Below, piece by piece: positions 12,066 through 23,247 of a stretch of DNA of 64,000 nt (the first letter of the stretch is position 1; each line of letters begins with the position of its first letter). The notes beneath the pieces were generated by a model. It did no database searches. It worked only from the letters and a program-made list of their open reading frames with translations, and had not been told where the DNA came from. This DNA comes from Vitrella brassicaformis CCMP3155 (Eukaryota > Protista > Chromerida). Position numbers and translations under genes: made by a program. The stretch is taken from assembly GCA_001179505.1 (NCBI GenBank), contig CDMY01000242.1:87043-151042 (forward strand). The letters are read 5' to 3'.

Positions 12066-12978
12066 GGGACCCCACGCGAATGAGTGTCGTCGAACTGTTA
12101 CGAGGGGGGAGGGGCCCCCGAGTAATGGGAGGCGATCGGCCAGACGGAGAGCATAGGAAAATGGCGGGCAACAAATATACACAGTTTGTCGAGAGTGATT
12201 TTTGGTCGCCTTGAGGTTGAGTGAGGTTGAGTACGTATCGCAGAAGGGCTGGACAAGAGGAGACGGCAGAGGTTTCGGCAGAATTCACGTGTGGCGCACA
12301 GAAACTGGCTTAGTTCCAAGTTTATCGTTCTGTTTGCTGAGTGCATGCGGCGAGTGTTGGGGAATAGGAAGCCTGCAATTACAAAGCCTTCGACGAGAGG
12401 AGCGATGCAATCCCCCCGGGCCTTAAAGGGCAGACGTGTAGGGATTCGAGGCAGACGATGATGCATAGGACGACGAGCGTATGTCGGTAGGACGGCAGGC
12501 ATTGGTATCGGTGGGTCTTTGCAAAGGGAGACTGCGCGCTGTCATGATGCGGAGGCGTGTTATGGGGGCGTCTTGCCTCAGAAGTGGACTGACCTTTTTG
12601 TGTGGTTCAAGCTGTTTCAGTGACCGTTGTCGTCTTGTGCGGTGACTTGTGGCTCGAGAAACTTGTGTATATATATGCTCAGTCGCCCTCAAAATACGCC
12701 GGAAGATGTCCAGAGAGTACCTCAGTCTCTCACTGATTTCGCATCGTCAACGCACGTTCGACTTGCGCCTGCATCTGCGTAGGCCGCAGACGTATAGAGT
12801 AATTACGTACGGTCATCTTTGCATTGATTGATTTATCGTATTGCGTTCGCAGGATATCGATCAGATAGATCATCGGCATTCGTTGCCATGTGGTGAAGGT
12901 GAAGCCTACACAACCACACAACCGTGCGCTGCAGATGTGGATGTGTGTGTGTGTGTGTGTGTGGTGTCTTTCAGCCTT

Positions 12979-15900
12979 ATGGAGAATGATCAGCTGTCAC
13001 TGTCTAGTGGCGATTTCGTTGACGGATCGTCGGACTCGGATGATGATTTGTCGGCTGGTAACCGTCACGAGTCAGATGATGATTTTGTGCCCGAGACGTC
13101 GAACGAACCTGAGGAGTTTCAGACTGATGCGGCAGACCACGATCCTGAAGATGGGGAACAGCATGAGGAAGAGGAGCCATCTGATGAGCCAACAGCAGCG
13201 GCCGGCACTGGCAGGTCACAGCCATGTTGTCTCAATTGTGGGCTTCCTGGCCACAATTGTCGTACCTGTCCACTGGTGTGTCAATTGTGCGAGGACCCGG
13301 AATGCCCGAAGGGCCGCCGCTGCCCTAAGTTCAATCAATATCGGGCTTATCGACGCCCTGCAGTGCAACGACAGCAGCGTTCAGCAACCACCACTCGGTT
13401 CGTTCTCGACGACGCAGCAGCCAACCATGCGTTTGCAAGCGGCTGCTGTCACAATTGCGGTGGGGTGCCCATTCAAGGCTACCACATTCCGATGGTGCTA
13501 TTGTCGGTGCCTTTGAGTGCTCTTCGGCATCGAATGTGGCAGGAATCGCGAAGTGGTTTCCTTGGTCGCTTCGAGAGGATGCAAAACATCCGGCAGGCCG
13601 AGTACCAGCTGTGTGAGGAGTGCGCTTGTCACCTGTCGACTATGGATGGCCATCCGGCATATCGAAGTGTGAAATGCACGAGCTGGAGTGTGATGTGGCC
13701 CGCCGTGATTGCAGATAGCATCGGCAGAGGATCGATTGCGGATGCGATGAAGGTGTTGGATCTTCCGCCGCCATCAGTCACGGCATTTTGGGCGTCTGCT
13801 GCGCAGTTTTTCGACGTGTATAGCTTCCAGCATGGCCAGAGGGTGCTTCTGTCGTCTATTGGCCTCTTCGGTGCCGTCCCGATGTAAGTGAGTGAAGTCT
13901 CGGTTGATATGATGTCCACACTGTGTCTCTATGCAGTCATCCTATGAATCGACAGTCAGTGTTTCGAGACATGACAATCGAGAGGCCAGCGGCTATCGAT
14001 GCGATAGAGGGCCCCGCTCGCGACAAGTATTTGCAAGCGCGTGAGGCGTTTGACAAGCACCTTTTCGAGGTACGATATAATTTCGGGTATCCACGTTCGA
14101 GACGATGTGGGTCTGTGTGTGTGTGTGTGTGTATGTATGTGTGTGTGTCATCCAGGTGCGGTGCCCTCTGGGCTGTTGGGAGTTCATCGAGAAGACGTGG
14201 GTGCATCCTTTGGGACAAGTGTGGCATCTTGTCGATCGCAGCTACAGCGGGAAGCACACCATCGTGACGGACGGCTTTCGCACAGACTGGCTATCTTCGG
14301 ATATCGACCCGCGATTCTTCTCGTGGACGGTGACGCCGTGTCTCGTTTGGGACCGCAAGTTAGGCTTGGCCTACTGTTCCTGTCACGAGCATCCAAACAT
14401 GAGGGAAGTGGGCAAGAGGTTCTTCTTCCACGTCCCGAGAAACCCCTTCATGCCCGGCATCGTGACTCCTACGGATGCCGACCGCCTTGCAAGAGTCGTC
14501 GCGCAGCCTCACTACTTCAAGTCCCGGCGTGTTGGGCCAAATTGTGCTACGACGAGCATGTTGCATCTCAATGTAAAGTACGATGGTGTATCGTCCTTCA
14601 GTTTGGCGTTACGGGGCCGATTCGATCGTCGAGATCCTCGTCTCTATGCTCTGGAAGGGTCCATGTTGAGCTGCCATCGCCAGCTGCGTGAATATCATCT
14701 TGTGGATGAGGACCCTGATCACGTCTTTTGGGTCGAGGAGCAGATGGCGGGCTACAAGCGAGAGTATGCAGCCGAGTCGGCTCGCGCGGCTCGTGAGCCT
14801 TTTCATGGTGTAGAGGGCTGTGGAGGTACTTATATGCCGCTGAGCGATGCGCAAGATGACTTCACTGCCTTTATGGCCACGGACTCTATCGATGCGGACG
14901 ATCGAAACCAGCCGAGACATCAGGGAGATCAGTCGGGCGCCCGGCAGAGGCAGGATGAAGGACAAGATGATGATAATGATAATGATGGTGATGCTGATCG
15001 TCCGGGCGATGTTGACAATCGACCTGATGGTCGCCGCCATCAGCCATCCCAGCGGCCCATCATCCTCAGGCCCCTGTGTCTCGTGCATCCAACGACGCCC
15101 CACGGAGCGACTGTCCGCCCTATCCCATGTCTGAATCATCCGTTTGGCGACCTCTATCTATTTGCCCGACTTGTGACAATGTCGCCAGCATTGTGGCGCT
15201 CCATGATTCAGTGTGTGAGACAGATACAGCCACCATCGAGGCCTCGCGATGGTGCGTCATTGGATTCCAACGCCCACCCATCTGCCGTCGATGTTCACGT
15301 TGGAGAGCGGCGGTGGCTGACTGACGCTGTCAAGTTTGTTACGAGCATCGTCGAAAAGCAGGCAGCGAGCAGTGTCCGGCAGCATGGGAGAGGGCGACAT
15401 ATGGCCACCAGCTTCCCCAATTTTACATCCGCATTCATGAACGCGCCTGGTCGACAGCCCTTTTCACCCAACATGGTCCTGAGTGGGATGATGTCTTGGG
15501 AGAGTGTGCTGAATGTGCCGTGGTTGGGTTCGCGAGGCGAGGGTGTCTCACTTGAAAGCATTCGGCATAGCCTCGGAATCAGCCTGCAGAGCCAGAGCCA
15601 GTTTTCACGCGACTTGAGGACGGCGCATTTGCAGAGCTTGCCGGCGCCGTCGGTGTTGCCGAAGGTGTTGTTTTTTATGAACAGTCAACGTCCACAAGGG
15701 GATGGTGTTTCATCGGGTGAGTCAACAATAGAGGTGATTGGTGTGGCATCTTTTCACACGACTTTGAATTCTGCAGACGCATTGGAGCGAATCGTCACGA
15801 CCTTTGATTTTCGCAACCAGCAGGCCTACGATCTTGTCGGTATCGTCTCTGTGCTCCCTCGTGATGCAACTCATCGTCTAACACGTGACGAGCTGCGCTA

Positions 15901-17035
15901 TGGAGCTGCCAGCTATCAGGCAGCAGCCCTTCTGCGGTGGGGCGCTGACCATCCTGGCTGGTGGTTTGCCAAAGACGGCCGACAGCCTCAGCGCGCATGC
16001 AGTCTCTCAGCTGAGACACAAGCCAAAGAGTGTGCCCGGCAGGTCCTTTCCTCTTGGACTACGATGATGTTTGTGCGTCGAGCTGCTCAGGTCCCGGACG
16101 ACATGCTTGAGCGGCAACGGGAGCTTCTTGCTGGCCAGTCCGTCGTCAAATGTCGAGATCATGATCGTTACTTTCTCGTGGCCGTCTCCCCCAAGTCTCC
16201 GCTGCAGGAGGTGTTGTCGTGCTGCTGGCCGCCCTTCGATGCCAGTCAAGACAGTGTCCGTGTGCGCCCGGCGACTTGCAATGCCAAAGTCGTCCGCTAC
16301 TCATGCCCTCACAAGTCCTTTTGGGGGAGCTCTATGGGGCGGTGTTGCCTGGTCGACCTCTGCGCAAAGCATTTCAATCAGCTGAGCACGGAAGTGGCAT
16401 TCTCTGACGGCAGCGATGGCATGTCTCGGTCGATGTGTATGCGGCCACGGCCTGAGCCCCAGCCTCGTACATCGCAACCCAACACATCAGCAGCTGCACG
16501 AGCCGCCCCGCCGTCCACGCACCCAGCAGCACCCCCACCACCCGCACAAGCTGACGATTCAGGTGACGATGAAGAGGAGGCGGTCCATGCGGAGCAAGAG
16601 TGGGAGCAGATCAATCAGGCGCTGCGCCAGGAGCCTTTGGATGAGAAGCCCTTCGGTCCGCAAGACGCAGATGAGGAGGCGGAACATGCGACATGGCAGC
16701 AGCTCGTGGATGATGCGGTGACCAACGTGGGACCAGTTGACTTCGGCACCGACAGCGCCGCCAAGGACCGCTACCTAGACACCGACAGCAGTCAACATGC
16801 TCTGTATGCTGTGAGCCCGTCTGGCGATCGCATCTGGGCTCACTGCGTCTTGAACCACTATCTGAGGCTACGCCGTGTTGTCGGTGACCTCGTTCGAAAG
16901 CTTCTCGAACTCGGCAGCTATGTTCTGACTCGCACTGCACCTGTTGTCAATGGCGCACCCATTGTTATGACGCAGATCTGCCAAGCCACCTGCAGCCTCT
17001 CTTTCGGCGGGTGCGTGCGTACCATTTCCGGATGA
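12979..17035 (+). CDS. ~1305-aa Cys/Zn-finger-rich protein encoded by the insertion (3 exons)
   Basis: Exons 12979-13883, 13937-14069 and 14156-17035 join in phases 2 and 0. Acidic N-terminus; CCHC knuckle CLNCGLPGHNCRTC; further clusters CHNCGG, LCEECACHL, CPLGCWEF, CSCHEH, CRDH...CC...C...C...CC...LCAKHF. No HUH, helicase, RT or DDE motif recognised. Confidence 0.8.
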
Positions 17036-17400
17036 AGGCGATGACGACCAGCTTGTTTTCGTCCTTGACCGCCTCTGACACGAACAACAGACATGGAGGG
17101 CTGGAACCCACCGTCCTTCTACATCTCCTCTTACTAAGCGCTGCACAATTGCGGATCGTTTTAACCGGCATCGTGGCGTGATGCCGTCCTGCTTCTTTCT
17201 CTTCGTCCCCCCGTTGCGAGCCTCACTCTGAACTCGCATCGCTTTTCTTCGTCTCGTTCATTGATGTATGTCCGCGCTTTTCACTCTCGTCTCTCCACTA
17301 CACATCCAACGCTAGCACTGCAGATACAAGCCTGCATCATGTGGACGTAAAGGTATATGTTGGTTGGCAACAGAGATATGTAGCGAAACAGAGACACGTT

Positions 17401-17533
17401 AAGCTTTCGTGTGCATCCATCAGACGAACACTCACGTGTGAGTCAATACGTAACACGCAATACGAAACAGTGTCAAACACGCTAAACTTTCGTCTGCATC
17501 CATCAAACAAACACTCATGTGTGAGTCAATACG
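17401..17533. repeat. Two imperfect ~50-bp direct repeats, each with an ACTCAC/GTGAGT palindrome
   Basis: AAGCTTTCGTGTGCATCCATCAGACGAACACTCACGTGTGAGTCAATACG versus AAACTTTCGTCTGCATCCATCAAACAAACACTCATGTGTGAGTCAATACG. Confidence 0.8.
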
Positions 17534-17633
17534 ACACAGTGAAAACCAAGCGGGGGGGGAGGAAGACACAATGTCAATTCGCCCGCTGCCGTTCATCCGC
17601 CGCGAGCTCCGCCAAAGCTCGCCGCCATCCTCT

Positions 17634-18085
17634 TCGATCCACTGCTGGCATCTGCTGAGGTCGGCCGCCGGACCAGAGAAGGCGATGGCCAACCACAGAC
17701 ACGCAGCACTGCAAGCGATGCCAGAGTGTCCACTGCTGCGTGTCCACCAGCCAGACGGACTTCAGCTGTCATTCATCTCATTTGCTGTGCTGTGTGTTGT
17801 CAGGCCAGCTTGGCGCATCCTTTGTCCGGATGGCGTCTGGCGTGGCAGGAGAGGGCTCTCCAACTGAGCGTGTTTGGCCACGAGTGAGCGCCCCAGCCGA
17901 GTGCGGAGAACGGCAGTCGAGAGGTCTATCTGCCTGAGGAACGTTGCTGTGCATCTGAGGATGCCGACCTCCCTGTCTTCGTGGATGGCGTCTCGCTTCT
18001 CGCGATGGATGAAATCTATCGATTCGTTCCCTCTTGCCGGAGGGATGGGCTGCCGGCTGCTGGGCACCGTCACATCATTCCCCAT
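17634..18085 (-). pseudogene. Chimeric pseudogene: truncated inverted paralog of the 18231 gene fused out of frame to ~30 codons of TLDc
   Basis: MGNDVT...SIDFIHREKRDAIH...EVGILRCTATFL...VLRTRLGRSLVAK..AQLESPLL, then WLVDTQQWT, then GIACSAACLWLAIAFSGPAADLSRCQQWIE. Confidence 0.75.
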
Positions 18086-18230
18086 CGCCTCACATCCGCC
18101 ACCTCTGCGAGATCAAATGGCAGGAGCGATCGCGGCAAGAGGGAGAAAAAAGGGAAGGAAACAGGCCACCTGTTCATCTGTCAGCGAGTCGGTCGCTGAG
18201 CAACTGATTTCATCCGTGAGTCGCCGGAAG

Positions 18231-19777
18231 ATGGGCAATAGCCACACTGCGGACAGATCTGGCGCCACCATCAATGACGAGTCACTTGATTTCCTCCACA
18301 AAGCCGACAGGGACGCCCTCCACACGTATGTATGCGAAGCACAAGCACCCGGCGATAAAAGAGCTCCATGAGCGCACTTGGGTCTGTGTATGCTGTGTGT
18401 GTGTGCAGCCGGTTTGAGGTCGGCAGCCTCAGAGCTACGGCGCATTTCCTCTGGGAAGTCGACTTCTCGCCATATGTCCTCCGCACCCGACTCAATCGCT
18501 GCCTCGTGGCCAAGGGATTGCAGGCCATCATCGCATTTGACGCTCAGCTGGAGAGTCCTCTGCTGCTGAAGGCCATCTGGCTGGTGGACACGCAGCAGTG
18601 GACCGAGGTGGTCAACGCGCTGAAGTTGGCGGCGCAGCTCGGCTTCTGCACTCTGCCGGTCACCATCAGTTTGCAAGACATCCAAAGGCACACGACCAAA
18701 CAGGTGGCCGGGACGGAGGGCAGAGGCCAGGAGGGATGGCTCGATAGCTGTGTGGTGTGTCTGTTGCTGCAGGCGTATTTGGCCGAGCCGCGTGTTTTGG
18801 CGCTGTGGAAGATGATCGGTCGACACGTCGTCTTCGGCGGCAACTACGGCCGTTTTGAGCTGTTCGACCAGCAGGGCGGCGTGCGCGCCCTGCGTGACGA
18901 GCCGGGCTACGAGCTGTCCATCAATCCCCCCCTCCCCGCCACCCACCCATTCCACCCTCACACCATCAACGACAACCCGCCCGTCAGTTCCTTAATCCAC
19001 CTGAAGGGGGGCAGCTGGACGTCACTACCGGACTTGGCCACTTTTGCCTCGGCGTCGGCGTTCATCATGCGCATCATCATCGCGATGGCCCTTCCAGTGG
19101 AGAATTGGGGCAAAACTCCTTGGGTTCACGGGAACCGGTACACATGACACACCACACTCAGACACACAGATCCATTTATGACGGCCTCTCCTCTTTGTGT
19201 TTGTTTCTTCAGGCATGCTCACGGCGGTGTGCTGGACGGCCCCCTCAACCACTCGCCCCACCAGCCGCCCGACGGATGCACAGCCGTCGTGGCGTTCAGG
19301 ATGGACGATATGAATCCCCCTCTAGAGGGTCGCCTTCTGCTGCTGACCTCGTTCGACATGCCATTCGTCGCATGGGTCGTTCTCGTCAGCCGTGCTGACA
19401 CGAACATAGGTGAGACAGAGATGGCAGGTCCTCTGTGCTGATGATTGAGCCATTGTTTGACGTGTGGTGTTTCGCTGCATACAGTGGGTGTTTGTGTTTC
19501 CACCACTGAGCCGCCAGTGAGTGGTGCATCGGATACCTTCAAGGACCGCCGGCCGACTGCCGCCCCTCTGGTGCGCGGCCTGCTGAGCAACACCATCGCA
19601 GACATGATGATCTGCCAGAAAGAGAAAACTAAAGCAGTGAAGGTGGGTGCCTGTCAGAGTGGGGTGCAATGCGTGGTCCCTCATCCATCTCTCGGGTTTG
19701 GGTGTGTATATTGTGTTGTGTGCAGCCTGCAGGCGGACGAGGCGAGCTCTCGTGACGTGTGTGTAGTGTCCCCTTAG
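18231..19777 (+). CDS. Lineage-specific protein of unknown function with an N-myristoylation-like start
   Basis: MGNSHT... The intron 18326-18408 is phase 2, followed by a long open exon (FEVGSLRATAHFLWEVDF...PWVHGNR) and further GT-AG exons. The 3' end is approximate. Confidence 0.65.
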
Positions 19778-20289
19778 TTGGACCGGATGAGCGTGAGAGG
19801 GGCTGTGGCTGGTGCGTCACCGAGTCTATGGATGGATGGATGGATGTCGGTGGACGCCTCATGTGTGTGTACAGATCAACCATTGCATGCATGTTTGATA
19901 CACTCTACACCGTCCACAAACCAATGAGTCGAGGGGTGGATAGTTGGATGGCTGCACATGGGTTGATGGCCAGACAGACAGACAGACAGACATTTATGTC
20001 GTCATGACATGGCACGAATGAACGAATGAATGGGTCGTCAGCACATGCACCGTAGACATGCAGGCAAATCCATACACTCAGTCCGTCAAAGAATGGCATG
20101 TGACTACTTACTACTTTGAGAGAGCGGTTGGGCCTCTGCTCTGCTCTGTGCGATCACCTCAACACATCCACTACCTAAACCACACCAACACAGACACACA
20201 GGAAACAGTGAGGGTATCACCGTCAGTCACGAGTGCCCTGCTCTTTTGCATACCTGCTGCGCCCGTGGTGTCTTCGACGTTAGGTATGG

Positions 20290-22371
20290 TCAGCCGGTGG
20301 AAATCTGCACATCCATCCATCCATCCACAGACACGCGGATCGACACTTCCACACAGATGAGTGTGTGGTGACGGCCACCCACCTGCCAGATTTCCATCTC
20401 ATCGCACGTGAAGGTCTCGGACTTCGCCAATGTGCCGTTGCCCGTGCTGTCCCTCCGTCCCCTGTACCCCTCCGAAAGGCACTCCTTATTGATGCCCTGG
20501 TGGCACCGACTGAGGTCGGCCGCCGGACCAGGCTGGCCCCACCCCAACCACAGGTGCCCGCAAGCGATGCCACCCATGGCCACTTTCGCACGGTAGTCCA
20601 TATTGTGGGCCTTCACCACCCCCTGTGTGCCGGCCACCCCCACCGACTGCCTCCTCTCGGGCAGCTCGATCTTCGTCGGCGTCTCGTACGCACCCGACAG
20701 TGCATAGAAGAAGACGGGCGCCTTGTAGATGTTGGCCTTCGTGGGGTCCTTGGGCGGGTCGAGTGGGCTGTCGATGAAGCAGCCAAATCGGTGTGCGTCG
20801 CCATCTCGGAGGGCAAAGAGGAGGCCGCTCTTGCCCGCCACGCACTCGAGCATCTTAGGGAAGGCATACGTGTCGCGACTACCCCTGACGGACGACACAC
20901 AACACACACACAGAGACCCGAAGGCAGATCTTTCAGGGCCCCCTCGTTGCTGTCTGTGTGTGTGGCTCGCTGACTTGTATACGAGTGACGGCATTGGTGA
21001 GGTCTTGCCCGTCATCTTGAGCAGCTCCGCCATCTCGTCGTCAGTCTCGATGACGAAGCCGCCCCCCGCCACGCCGCTGAAGAAGGGCTCGTACTTCAGC
21101 CCATACATCTCAGTGTCGCCCTGTATCTGCCTGCAGTTGCTCGCCGTCGGTGACTTGACGATGCTGCCGGGCGGTGCGCACCGCCGTCTGCGGGCGAAGT
21201 CGATCACCTTCATGAGATGGTTGGGGCGGATGCACGACACACTCGAACCGCTGCAAGGAGGATGGGAAGGACGTACTTATGACGATTGTCCCTTTGGCTC
21301 GCTTGTGGTGTGTTGCCCACCTGTGGAAGGTTGTGTAGAGTCGTTTGTCGCGGCCAACACGCGCCAGTGTGGCCGCAGTGGTCGACACTGTCTTGTCCAG
21401 GACGCGCACACTCCTTATCTCGTCCACCCCTCCTCCCTGCCCCCCCTCCTCAGTGGCCAGCAGCGGCTTGACGGTCTTGTGGAAGTTGGCCAGGCCGCGC
21501 TGCACCTCGCCCAGCCGCCCCACTGACGCATCCAGGCTTGCAGTGCTGCTCTTGACTGTCGCCATGTGGTCGCCCTCCTCACCCTCCTTTCCCTCATCTT
21601 CATCGTCTTCCTCGCCCTCCTCGCCCTCCTCCTCCTCGCTCTCCAGCTCCAGTGCATCGAGTTGCATGTGGTCGTCATCGTTGGTGTGCGCGGCCGTTTC
21701 CGCGGGTGCGTCGATGTCGAGGCCGGTCTTGGTTGTGAAGAGGAGATGGTGCCAGAAGAGGGATGAGCTGTCGGTGTCGTGTGGAGGGGTCAGGAGGATC
21801 TCGTGGCTCTCGCCCTGGGCGTCAGCAGCACCGACACCGGTGACCTCGTCACGCAACCCGGTGAATGAAAGAACAGGCAACGCACAGCATGCATTCGGCT
21901 AATTCTATGTGAGTTCATCTACCCTCTCCCCCCACTCTCGACCCACCATTCCATATACACTGGATCAGCGTTGAGGAATGGCCGGCCCTCTGCGTCCTTG
22001 GGCAGCCCATCCAGATGGTACAGCAGCAGGTATGCGATGATGCTCTCACTCACGCCGGGCAGCAGCAGAGGCTTGCGCGGCACACACAGCACCGTCCCGC
22101 CCACATTGATCTCGATCTCCCCATCCAGTCGCCCCGTCACCATCAGCTGCCCTCCATTCCTCGTGATTAGGTCCTTGATCGTCTTGGCTTGCTGCCGCAG
22201 CTTCTTGCGCATCTGTTTGGCTGATTTCTGTATGGCGGCGAGTGCCTCATCGGCCTCCTGCAGCTCTCTATCAATGGTCGGGCGACAGATGGACGGGAGG
22301 GGCTCAAAGTCATCGCTGCCGTCCGCAGGCGACTCGGGCGACTCCTGCGCCTTGCGCTTCTTCGCAAACAT
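20290..22371 (-). CDS. BTB(T1/KCTD-like)-BTB-TLDc protein, copy 1
   Basis: MFAKKRKAQ... EIEINVGG...LPKDAEGRPFL (BTB); acidic linker; second BTB-like SVRVLDKTVSTTAATL; TLDc LLFALRDGDAHRFGCFID...FFYALSG...FTCDEMEIWQV. Confidence 0.8.
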
Positions 22372-22465
22372 GGTGAACTTAAACGCGCCGAAGGAGAAGG
22401 TCACCGGCGGGAGCGGTTCACCAAAGGATCGGAGGTCGAGAGAAACAGAACAGCCGTTGAAAAAG

Positions 22466-23043
22466 ATGTCGATATCTGACGTGTACAGAGAGATAGACAG
22501 GGCGCTTGACCTGCTCAACCATATCATCGACCGCAATGGACATCACAACCAAGAAAGATGGGTACTAAGCAACGGAGAAAACATACAGGCAAAGCAGCCG
22601 ACCACTCACCGCCTCCCTTTCGCTGCCTGCTGGCTGATACTGCTGCAGTAACCCACCGTTCCATCGACGCATTTTACGTCCCTTCCCCTCCCAGGCCGCA
22701 GCCCCTTCTGCTGCCCAACCACGTGCACGACACACAGGGCCGCAACGTCGGTGACATCGGCTGCAATGTGGAGCACCTGAACCATCTCCTGTGGCAGCTG
22801 AGAGAGGGGGGAGGGGAGAGGGCTGAGCACAAGTCAGCTGTGTGGTCCCCCTCTTATCATGGGAGGAGGCCGGTTGCAAGCGTGGAGATGGGTGTGGGTG
22901 GGGCTGCAAGTGCTTTGCAGTCTTATGTGGATGGGTATCGTGAGCAGCTGGCTGTGCTGGAGGAGTGGCATCGGCCACAGGAGGGCAGCAGCAGGGAGGG
23001 AGAAGACAGGGCGGGCGAGGAAAACAAGAGGGACACTCAGTGA
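22466..23043 (+). CDS. Possible short gene of unknown function
   Basis: Two microsatellite-free open blocks (MSISDVYREIDRALDLLNHII...; VTHRSIDAFYVPSPP...YREQLAVLEEW...), but I could not join them in phase. Confidence 0.3.
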
Positions 23044-23247
23044 CCTGTCAGTGGCCTTGTGTATGTGATTTGTTCATTGTGTCTCTCTGGTCAGTAGCCA
23101 TGGATGTAATTGACCTATGTACCTATGAATGTATGTATGTATGTCTGCATTAAGCAATCATGCATATCATGACCTATGCATCCATCCATCCATCCATCCA
23201 TATGACTCTACACGGACCAGTCGCTCATATCTACCCATCTACCCACA

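Larger units (their letters stand above)
12066..17633 (+). mobile_element. ~5.57-kb insertion, putative non-autonomous Helitron-like element
   Basis: Splits the TLDc exon in register (CQQWIE|RDELSEG). TCGAT at 12061-12065 and 17634-17638. GC hairpin at 17602-17622, 11 nt from the right junction. No TIR or LTR seen. Carries one large gene. Confidence 0.75.

Noticed and set aside
12061-17638. LTR retrotransposon or cut-and-paste DNA transposon interpretation of the insertion
   Set aside because: No TG...CA LTRs, no terminal inverted repeats, and no RT, integrase or DDE motif recognised. It cannot be fully excluded without other copies.
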